Shown here piece after piece: positions 14,776-25,071 of a DNA stretch of 64,000 nt (its first letter is position 1; the number at the start of each line of letters is the position of its first letter). The notes under the pieces were generated by a model. That model was given only the letters and a program-made list of their open reading frames with translations, had not been told where the DNA came from and ran no database searches. Origin of the DNA: Nymphaea colorata (lineage: Eukaryota). Both the position numbers and the translations under genes were made by a program. Location of the stretch: NCBI RefSeq assembly GCF_008831285.2, contig NC_045138.2, forward strand, positions 15,376,001 through 15,440,000, written 5' to 3'.

Positions 14776-15009
14776 ATGGGGAACAAACCGGCAACACCAA
14801 AGAGGGATGAGATTCTTGTCAAAGTCATGCCTCCGATTGATCAAACTTTGGTTCGATGGATTGCTCGGGATGTTGATAGGATTTATGGGTTTGTTCCGAA
14901 GAAACCGCGTGCAATAAAACCACCTGAGCATTACATCGAGTACATGCGATTACAGGGATGGTTGGATGTAGATTTGGATGATGCTGAACTGGCTCGCTTG
15001 TTAAAGTAA
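14776..15009 (+). CDS. Small uncharacterised plant protein, 77 aa (MGNKPATPKRDE...DLDDAELARLLK)
   Basis: Single-exon CDS just after an acceptor (TTTAG|ACATG, 14773). Likely 5'-UTR exon ends at AG|GTAAGC (13572/13573). The sequence VRWIARDVDRIYGF.PK.PRAIKPPEHYIEYMRLQGWLDVDLDD resembles a conserved small plant protein I recognise but cannot name. Confidence 0.8.
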   Translation: MGNKPATPKRDEILVKVMPPIDQTLVRWIARDVDRIYGFVPKKPRAIKPPEHYIEYMRLQGWLDVDLDDAELARLLK

Positions 15010-15257
15010 GAAGCGGCATTTGCGTCCTTTGGCAGGATTTGTCGTTCCTTTCTATTAGAGTTTCCAGAGAGATGTAGTTGCAAGATGGGTGAACCATGTT
15101 ACACCACTAAATAGAAAGAAACGCATTGGGCAGCCTGAGGTTTGCGAAGATGACTTGCATTAAATTGCTAAGAGAATATTGTTTATTTCTTCCTCATTGC
15201 TGAGTTGTTCTCTTCTTTTTCATCTTTCCAGTCATTATTTACCCATCTTGGCCGGAG

Positions 15258-15303
15258 ATGTTTATATTAGACAATAGCGTATGTTTATATTAGACAATAG
15301 CGT
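15258..15303. repeat. Perfect 23-bp tandem duplication
   Basis: ATGTTTATATTAGACAATAGCGT x2. Confidence 0.9.
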
Positions 15304-16527
15304 ATCACTCGCTAGGGATGTCCCGGCTGTTACGGCCTTTTTATGGCCACATGCATGGCCACATGCCTAAGGATGTGAAAGGGGTAGGTTCTTATTTGGA
15401 GCCCGGGCTGCAGCGTTCATAGTGGGTTATATCCATAAAACAGAACGATCATATGAAGTATCCCTTCGAAAATCAGGATTCTCTCTGATGTTCTGCTTAT
15501 CTGTTTCGCATCATAAGAGGATGTGAAAGGCACCTGGGTATACTCTAATTTCTGTTGTAGCTCATTATACCAACTGCAGATCATGTCATCCGATATTGTA
15601 GATTTCCGATTACATGTTTGGTGTACTATGCATTGATTCTGGTTCCTACATTGGAGGCAAACTAAAATCAGAACTGAATTCAGAGAAATAGAAACTTGAA
15701 GGTAATCAATAAGCAGGTTGTAAGTTCGTATCTCTGGGCTGAAGAATGCGATTGCGAATAATTATAAGCAGTTACCAGACCTTTTTGTATGACGTATAAG
15801 AACCATGTAAGAGGCGGGAGGGGAGCAGAAGGGGCGGAAGGCAAGTATTTCTAAATGTATTTTAATTTTTAAATGCCCCAAGGGGTATAGCTCAAATGGG
15901 TGGGCCAAGATGTTTTATGTTCAACTCGCAGGGACCTATGCTTTTGTACGAAATAGAAGGGTAGGCCTCTACAAGCTTGGTATATATTTTCTCATAAAGA
16001 AGCATGTCAGGTAGAGGGACCAACAAAACAAGGCCCTGACGACCTTTTGAGTTTGCCAGACATGTACTAACCGCCCAGTGCACATTCTTAGAGCTACAGC
16101 ACGTACTTTGACTCGCTTTAAGAATCAAGCATCTGGTGCCAAGCAGGCCAACTTGGATATCCTGAAGATAATCCATCGAAGGAAATGTAGCAGTTAAGCA
16201 TCGGCGTAAAAATGGGGAAAAAGTCCCTTCAAGCTCATGAAATTATCTGCATTCAAGCTTTATTATCGATTTGTAGAATGACCAAGAGAAAAGAAAATAC
16301 TGGATCACCTTAGCGTGTGGTCAGAAAAACGAAATTCTTCTTCCAGAGTGGAGCAAGCTAAGGAAGAAAAAAGCGATGCTTGATATATCAAAGAGTGGAA
16401 TAGCTATCAAAAGTTACAGACAACGCCTGGTTGATACATGGCTCGAAATCCCCATGAACATACGAAAATTGGAAATGAAACAAAACTTCCACAGGGATTT
16501 TGGAGATGGAAGTTTACCAACGTGTCA

Positions 16528-19500
16528 TCAAATTGCTGCAAAATATTCTTTGCTCAGCTTAGGGTCTGGCTTCATGGATTTCTCCCCAGGCTTCCATCCA
16601 GCAGGGCAAACCTCATCAGGATTTTCTTGGACATATTGCAATGCCTGTTAAATGAAATGGAAGATATGAATTTTGTTCCATGTAACTAGCGAGCAAATAA
16701 AGTCGAAGCCTCAAGGTCAAGGGAAAGAAAAGAGGAAGAACAAGAAATCTTAAACATAACCTGCAGTGTCCTCAGTGTCTCGTCAACACTTCGACCAATA
16801 GCAAGATTGTTTATCGTTGAATGCTGAATAACACCTTCCTTGTCAATGATAAAGAGCCCTCTCAGTGCGATGCCCTGGCAATTAGGGAAAATTAGAATAA
16901 TTTCTGTAAGCCACAGACGATCCTAAGAATTATAGTGTGAAAACATCATAAGGTAAATGTTCAGGGGTGCCGTTAAGCAACTCCCATTCCCGTACCTGTT
17001 CTGGGATCAGAACCCCATAGGACTTTGAAATTGATTTGGTTATATCAGAGATAAGAGGATATTTCAAATCACCAAGGCCACCAGACTTTCTGTCAGTCTG
17101 AATCCACGCAAGATGGGAAAACTGTAGCAAAGATGAAGAAAATCAGGAACTAGTAGGTCAGAATACATCAAAATAAGAATGCGGAAGATCAGGCTGAAAA
17201 ATCTCCCAGAGAGGCCAGACAGCTATCATGCACACGTTTTATTCAGATTTCAAAATAGAGAGTAGAGACCAATTGCAAAAGATACTACACTTCGGAAATT
17301 TGGATTCTTATAAAAGACTAGTGCATGATAGCTAATGGTGTCAAAAACACTCGTCTCAAATAACCAGGTGGCATTTTTAGGCTTCTGTAGATATAAAACT
17401 CCATGCTCAGAAAGATACAAAATCGTCTCCTTCAAAAAGTTTCCCACATTCAGTGGAGATAAGGGACATAATTCTTTATCACAAAACTACATCCAAATTC
17501 ACATTATTAGAGTATGTACTTGACAACAACAAAAAATTGACTACATTTCTGCATTTAAAACATCAATCTCTTTCAAGATATGCCTTTAGAAGAGTCAGAT
17601 CACAATCCCAAGCATGACAGAAAGGATGTAGATGGATCAAACTGCAGTCAGATATTGGCCCTACCAAGTTTGACTTAATTGGATTTAAGTTGATGGACTC
17701 ACAAATGATTTTCTGAAGCCAAACCCAATTTTCAAATGAGTCTAATTGGATTTGGTCCACGGGAGCCCAACCAAAACTCACAAATTCCTGGTAAGAAGAC
17801 TGTTAAGACTTAAGACAGACATCATCCAGTCAAAAGCCAAAACTTCACAAATTAAACAGTTTCTAGAACCACAGAGAAAATTATAGTTCAGAAAATAACA
17901 AGTGAGATTCATAAAAGCATGAACAGTGAACTTTTAGGAACTTACCACGCTGTCCACTGAAACACCCAGTACTTCTGTGTTTAACTTCTCAAATTCAGAG
18001 TACCGGTCACTGAATGCAGTAATTTCTGCAACATGGAGAATGTAATGCTTCAGTATTACATGCATACTCTTGGAAAGTTCTTGCTAAATATAAATAAATG
18101 ATCCTGGAAAGCGATGGATTTGAATCTTGCCTGTTGGACAAACAAATGTGAAGTCCAGTGGGTAGAAGAAAAGAATGACATACTTCTTCCCAATATAATC
18201 AGAAAGCTTTACCTAATGACATCAATAAGTTTTTAACCGATTTAGACATAAAATGCAAAATAATGCATGGGCTTTATGTAGATAGTGAAATAATAACACT
18301 TAGAACGACGATAAAAAGCAAGTAAATATCATTATGTTTGAAAGCCAAATTCGTAAGAGGCCTTTCACTGATGCTGATAAATGTTGATCATTGAACTTTT
18401 TGACTCCATACTGAATATTTATTTACATTAATCTAACTGTACATTTACCTATTCTAGGCCTCAGGAAAAAAAAAATAAGTAAATGATGAGCAATATCAAA
18501 CCGCAAAGGTATAATAATGCGATGGATGATTGCTTGAGTTCTGAACAATATTGCTCCACTTAAGTTTAAGCTTTAAAGCACTACCTTCTAAACTTTTAGA
18601 ATTTTGAAGTTATTAATAAAACCATAAGTAGGTAGCTCACATTGATAAACTCCTGATCGAAGACAGCCTCAGCGTCAAAATCTGGTGCTGTGTTGCCAAC
18701 TAGTGGCAGTTGGCTCTGTCATAATTGCAAGGTTAGCAGATTTAGTACAATAATAAGAACATGATCATCATAAATAGAAAATGACAAACAAACATACATA
18801 CACACAATATAGAATATTTTTAATCGGAATTAATGAACTAAACAATGTTCTAGATATTTACAACATTGCTTAGTTCAATAAATGAGATGGAATAAAACCA
18901 AAAAGAAGTGGAGAAGGTGAAGACCTCCTGCAACCTTAAGTGGCACCAAAAAGCTGATGATGGTTTAATTAAGAGAAATACCGAACGCTGTTAAGCACTA
19001 ATGCTTATGAACAAAGAACATCTGGTTTCACCACAAGCTTGTGTACTGGACCAAATGACTTGCATTAGTTTATTGAGCTTTAAATACGCTCGGGTTTATT
19101 CATTCACTACAACTCCAGAAGTATTCATCCACTCATGTGGTCGCATTTAAAAAGGAAAAACAAGGAAAAGATAAAGATGAGTAAGACGGAGAAGTTCAGC
19201 AATGCAGCTAACATCGGTGAACAAGAAATTATCGCCATCAATAACATCGTTGAATCTCAACGATAAATGAAGATAGATTCAGCTTGTCCTTGTCTCCGTT
19301 AATTGCATTCTAGGGAATGTTGAGAGTAACACTTGCCAAAATAAAAGGCATCCTAGAAACAAATCTGGACAAGGTAAAGTTGTCCAAATCTGTACACTCT
19401 AAACGAGAACATCAGGCCGCTCAAGCAACTTGCCAACTTAGGGTCCAGAGTTTGGCCAACCCGTGAGGCCAAGACTATCCTCGTATTCTCCTTCCAAAAG

Positions 19501-19611
19501 GAGAAAGGCCGAGGGCGTTTCAGATGTCCACACTCACTAAAATAACTTGTTTAGAAACCAACCCAATCCACCGATCATTCAAAAATAAAAGAAACTTCGA
19601 CGGTGAGTAGC

Positions 19612-19683
<72 letters not shown>

Positions 19684-20258
19684 ACGCGGCACGTCAACCT
19701 CTCAGCCCCTGATCCTTCTTCTTCCCCATATCATCATCTTAAACTTGGACAGCAGTAAATTCAGATATGCTGAACCCATGTAAGCAACTCTCAGAACGCA
19801 TATTTGACAAATTCAAATTACTTCCGCAACAATTAACACACACCGCACAAATTTTATGAATTAAAAAAAAAAATCCAACAAGGAAACGAATTCCACAAGA
19901 ATTAACACTCAAAACATGAACACCAAATTCAAAGCACCAAACTGAGTACTCTGAACTCTAAATCAGCATGCATTTCCTAGCTACCGAAATCAAGGGAAAG
20001 AAGCACACAAATCAACCCTGTACACAGAGCGAAAAAGGGACCGATACTCACAGCCTTCACCAAGAAGCTTCTCCGAGAAAACCTTGAGACAGGAAGCCGT
20101 GATCGGATCGACTTGGACCGTAGATCGATGGCCTTGTGGAGACCGTGGAAGCTCTGGGGGATGACGGCGCGCTGAGGGAACAGCTTGGTGGAGCAGAGGG
20201 CGCCGACGGAGTTGGAGAAGATGAGGGAGGACGAAGCCACCGTTGTCATTGACGCCAT
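16528..20258 (-). CDS. BAS1: Chloroplast 2-Cys peroxiredoxin, 266 aa. Exons: 20258-20052, 18715-18641, 18212-18131, 18025-17946, 17121-16996, 16874-16761, 16644-16528
   Basis: Ser-rich transit peptide; [34 protein letters not shown] (peroxidatic Cys); [14 protein letters not shown] (resolving Cys); C-terminal KEYF. The 801-nt spliced frame is open. Confidence 0.97.
19613..19684. repeat. (TA)n microsatellite in Prx intron 1. Similar (TA)n/(GA)n tracts at 4700-4742, 5081-5145, 27514-27543, 30637-30668, 56748-56800, 62573-62606 and 63175-63234
   Basis: Direct reading of the dinucleotide runs. Confidence 0.95.
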
Positions 20259-21434
20259 TTCGGAAGTTTCAGTAGAACCCTACCACCACTCCGCTCCGTA
20301 ATTCCAAGAAATGGGGAGCGTGAATCTCACTATCACCGCGCGCGAAAGAGAGAAAAGGAGGGAAACGCTGGTGGAAGGACAAGCGGTCGGACGGAGAGGG
20401 AGATATTGCCAACAATGCCCCAAATATTTTACTGATAACGAATAGAAAACGAAAATGGTCCAAAATCAATTTTAAAACATGTGAACACCGCATCGGCTCG
20501 CGTTAGTATTAGATCCGACTGGCCATTTCACCGCGATCATCGCATGGGTTCATATTATTGCGTTGTATTGGTGGAGGGATTGTTAATGTATTTGGGCAGG
20601 ATGGTGGCGCATTCACTTTACATCATCAGTTTCATTATTTTTTTGGGCATTATTCTTGCACCTCACATTAGTGCGTTATAAGATATTAATATATCTGATT
20701 TGGATTTGAATAGCATAGTCAACCAAATCATTTAGAAAAAATCAGATACGAAAAAAAAATAGTATTTGATTAAAAAATCAAATCAGATTCAAATTTAAGA
20801 AATGACATCTGTTTAGATTCAATTTTGGATTCCGCATACATAATATTCAATCAGATTCAAAGTCAGATCCATATCGAATTTATCACACATTCAATGCTCT
20901 TGCATTTTAAAAATGGCCAAATTAGGCTCAAATCGGATTCAGATATGTATGTAAAAATCAAAGTTATATCATATTTGGATTGTGAAACCATATTTTAGAT
21001 TTAAATATGGATGTCTTTTTTTTGTTCGTATCCAAATCCGAATATGTGAATGCACAGATCCAATTAAGAGTATATCCAATTCAAATTAGATCGAACATCC
21101 CTAATCCTTTTTCTCACCTGTGAAATTGATGGACGGCTTGTTTTGATTTGAAAATGGGCTTTTAGGATTAATTTTGCCTCATTAAAACTATTTGATGTAA
21201 CTGGTCGTACATCTAGCACCAGAGTCTAACGTTGCCTTCTAGCAATGAAGTCTCTCGATAGGGCATCCAAAATTCACAAATAATTTTTACAAGTATATAG
21301 TGCTTTACTCATGGATTACAAATAATTTTTACAAGCCATTTTTTTCAAAACAGTGTTCTCTTATTTGCTTTGGTAAATATTTCAATAAAACTTAATTGTA
21401 ATTGATGCTCTGAGCTATTATCGTGTTTTGATTG

Positions 21435-21516
21435 TCAAATTAATTCACAGATGTGATTCATTATCAAATTAATTCACATATGTGATTCATTATCAAATTA
21501 ATTCACAGATGTGATT
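21435..21516. repeat. 29-bp tandem minisatellite, ~3 copies
   Basis: TCAAATTAATTCACA(G/T)ATGTGATT(CATTA) repeated at 21435, 21464 and 21493. Confidence 0.9.
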
Positions 21517-22311
21517 ATTATTCTTTTCACTATCGAATACTTCAGATGGTCTTTATGTGCATCTCACATCATCAACTTCTATTGAAATTCAAGCGTACTT
21601 CAGGTGGTCATTTATATATATATATATATATAAAATGCTCCTCACATATTCAAATTGTATTGAATTAAAATTGAAGCATACTATAGGCAAATAAATTATT
21701 CACGGACTAAAACCCACTGGTTGGTCAAAATCTAGCCAGCAAGGGTTGAGCAGCTGGCGCAACCCAACCATTTGAAAGGGTGAGTAATGAGTATCGTTGA
21801 TGGTTTATCGTCTCCGTGGATTGCTCAGTGGAAATACCATTTGTCGTTAAATCAATGAAAAAATCATGATTCAAGCAGCTTGCAAATATTTATTTGACCG
21901 ATGATTAAAGTGCATATCTAAAAGCATATAGTCGCTTCAAAAATAATAAACATCACCATGGCACTTTTCAGCTTATTTTCAGTTCTTTTCTTTTAAAACA
22001 ACAATAATAATGTTAATAAGTGCTTATAGATAATATTAATGAAAGTCTCTTATGGTTTACAAAAGAACAATATAAAACTCTTTTGTCATCCAAATAAAGG
22101 CAGAAGTGGACTCTGCACTACACCAACAGTCGTAGGTTGAAGCTGGCCAATAGTTGGCAGTACCAAAAAAAATTGCTAACAAATGACCTCATAAAAAATT
22201 AAAAGAATATAGCAGAATGCATGCACTCAAAAATTTTACCAAGTTCAAGAAACAAGTGAAAGAATGTGTAGTTCAATAAAACCCACCTTGAAATGAACAA
22301 TAAAGGAGTAG

Positions 22312-23068
22312 CAATTCATCTCAATGAAAACCCAAGTTGAAATAAACAACAAAGCACTAGCACTTCATCTAAGTATACACCATGTCTTATCCAAAAGAAG
22401 ATGCTCAGTGGAGTACTTCTGAAAGGAATCCCACGAGTTCAGTGTTCATCAAGCTTTAGTTTCAGGACAACATTACCAGCGACCAATAAGACATTTTCAA
22501 CACAGAAAACCATCTATCAGTACACATGCAAAGGAAAAACAAGCACAATGGACAAGCAATGCATTTAAGAGGCACTGTGTCTTTATCCAAAGGCAGCTGC
22601 TCATCTGTATACTACTAGAAGGAATCACGAGTCCATCGTTGTCCATGTTTATCATGGAGGTCCGACATTAGTAGAAACCTGCAAGAGATCTAAAACATAG
22701 CTTAATAAAAGCTAAATAATAAACATTCAAGCACATAAAATTAATTGGAACTCATCTATAAACATGGAATTGGCAACATTCCAATTACTCAACATACTGA
22801 CTGAACAAACTATAGTTGCAAATACAAATGTAACCTCCATTCTCATGAGCACAGGTATCAATTCATCTCAATGAAAACCCAAGTTGAAATAAACAACAAA
22901 GCACTAGCACTTCATCTAAGTATACGCCATGTCTTATTGTCCAAAAGAAGATGCTCAGTGGAGTACTTCTGAAAGAAATCCCATGGGTTCAGTGTTCATG
23001 AAGCTTTAATTTCAGAACATTACCAGCGACCAATAAGACATTTTAAACACAGAAAACCATCTACCAGT
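22312..23068. repeat. Local direct duplication (~210 bp: 22312-22520 and 22859-23068) with a more diverged related segment at ~22583-22635
   Basis: The block CAATTCATCTCAATGAAAACCCAAGTTGAAAT...CCAAAAGAAGATGCTCAGTGGAGTACTTCTGAAAG...CACAGAAAACCATCTA occurs twice, nearly identical. Confidence 0.9.
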
Positions 23069-23772
23069 TGTTCCACCATTCAGCGTCAAGAAACCACTCT
23101 CCTCCTCCTTCAGTTTGATCGCATCGTACTAGCTTTCGAATTTCTATAATCCCTTATCATTCTTCATCGAAAGCTCAGGGCGCCATTGGGCGGTGGATTC
23201 TGAGATCACAAAGAGATAAAAGGGCGGGAAACAGAAGAAGGCGGAGATCATCTGCAGCAGATCGGTGGATGGAAGAAACAGGCAGGATCAACTAGTGCCC
23301 GATCGGAGAAGAAACGGAGGGGGATTGAGAAGGAGGGGAAAGCGAGGGAAGGATGGAGGGAAGAGTGGGGAGGTTGAAAAAGGCTAAGAGAAGAAAACAA
23401 GGGGAAAAACGCCGAATTAAAAGTCCACTGTGGAGGGAAGGTGAGAAACGGCCCAAGCGGGAGAGCAATTTAAAAAACGCTTTAGAGACTTGTATTTATC
23501 TTTTTAACGTTAATTTTACCGAAAAAGTGTCTCCTTGACGGTCTTCGCCTTGGTTTTTCTCTCGCCGAAAAAGCACCTCTTTGCCTTTGCAAATTACGAA
23601 ATATCATCATGTGGTGCAGTTCATACTTGTTCCCCAACTGCTCTTCTAGTAATTATCGGCTTGAAATACGCTTTAGTTCGGCAAAAATATCGTGATAACG
23701 TCCTTTCACATCCGATTTTTATCTTACAATTCTCTTTCTAGATAATGGCTTTTATTTGAGAGATTAAATTTA
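23068..23772 (-). repeat. Inverted duplicate of the E2F promoter, 5' leader and first codons (partner arm ~24371-25082)
   Basis: The reverse complement aligns colinearly with 24371-25082, including a perfect 34-nt match (23166-23199 vs 24950-24983). Confidence 0.92.
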
Positions 23773-24917
23773 GAAGTTTAAATTGAGATATTAAATTTTC
23801 CCAGCATAAATGTCGTTGTACACATGGAGGAAATAAAATATTTGTTTGGTAGATTTGGTTTTTGTGTCGGTCCCTCAAAACAAGTATTCATGACGCCATT
23901 TTAGATAAAGATTTTATTTCTTTCGTGTATAAAACAGCATTCCATTTATGAAATTGCCTGATAATAGGAAAATGAACGTTAATAAAGCAAGCACATCTCA
24001 AAAACAAAGAGAAATTCTAAAATGTTTTAATCTAACTATCATTAAGGGGCATCCCCAACAAATTAACCTGAAAGCACATTACAATGTTTGAATGCTCTTT
24101 TTTTTTTTGCAATTAGACAAACATGATAAATAGCCAGGATTCATTCACATAAACTTAAGAAACATCACTTTTTCCTCAAATCAAGCTGGGGCAAAGAGTA
24201 TTGACTCCAATAATAAATTAAATTTCCAGAAAATCTTGAAAGATTTTTTAGGAACTCCAGTAATCATGTCCCTGTCATACATGTAGAGTTACGAATCCAA
24301 TTATCGAGACAAATAATTCCAAATCTGCTAACTCATAAGCTGGAAAAAAGAAAGAACATCTCACACAGTTAAAATTTCATCTCTCAAGTCAAACCTTCTC
24401 CTTACTGGGAAAGTTTTATAAAAGTCAATCCACAGAAAGGAAATTGTAAGATACATTTTGGATGTGAAAGGGCATTTAAAAAAGCATCACGATATATTTG
24501 CGGAACTAAATCGTATTTAAAAAAACATCACTAAAAGTACCATCCGCATCACTTGACGATAGGATGGCATTTCGTAATTTGTAGGCAGACGAGGTGGCTT
24601 TTTCGGAAAGATAAAACTCCGATGTGGGGAAGGAAGAAAACTTATCGGTAAAATAACGTCAAAAACGTTAAAGAAAAATACATAAAACTTTTTTGTTTCC
24701 CACTGCTCCGCGGTTTCTCACCTTCCCTCCATGGGCCTTGACTTAATTCGGCGTTTTTTCCCTCGTTTTCTGCTCTACTCCTTTTTCAACCTCCCCACTC
24801 TTCCCTCCTTCCTTCCTTCGCTTTCCCCAACCCTAAATCTTCTCCGATCGGCACCGATCGATCCTGCCTGCTTCTTCCACCAACCGATCTGCCGCAGACG
24901 ATCTTCACCTTCTTCCG

Positions 24918-24926
24918 TTTCCCGCC
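24918..24926 (+). promoter_or_regulatory. E2F/DP binding site TTTCCCGCC upstream of the E2F ATG
   Basis: Exact match to the plant E2F consensus (WTTSSCSS). A telo-box-like AACCCTAA lies at 24829-24836. Confidence 0.6.
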
Positions 24927-25071
24927 CTTTTTTCTCTCTGTGATGTCATAATCCACCGCCCAATGGCGCCCTGAGCTTTCGATACTAAGAATGATCAGGG
25001 ATCCTGGAAATTCGAAGGCTAGTGCGATGCGATTCAATTGAAGGAGGAGGAGACGGGTTTCTTGACGCAGG

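Noticed and set aside
15882..15935. tRNA-like start GGGGTATAGCTCAAATGG with a GTTCAACTC B-box-like motif
   Set aside because: A-to-B spacing (~17 nt) is too short and no cloverleaf forms; at most a SINE remnant
21435..21516. CRISPR-like palindromic 29-bp repeats
   Set aside because: Units are contiguous with no unique spacers; eukaryotic context and no cas genes
22403..22454. C/D-box snoRNA-like pattern on the minus strand (TTGATGA...CTGA with a short terminal stem)
   Set aside because: Only ~50 nt long, no recognisable rRNA guide, and the C box is broken (TTCATGA) in the duplicate copy at ~22953-23004
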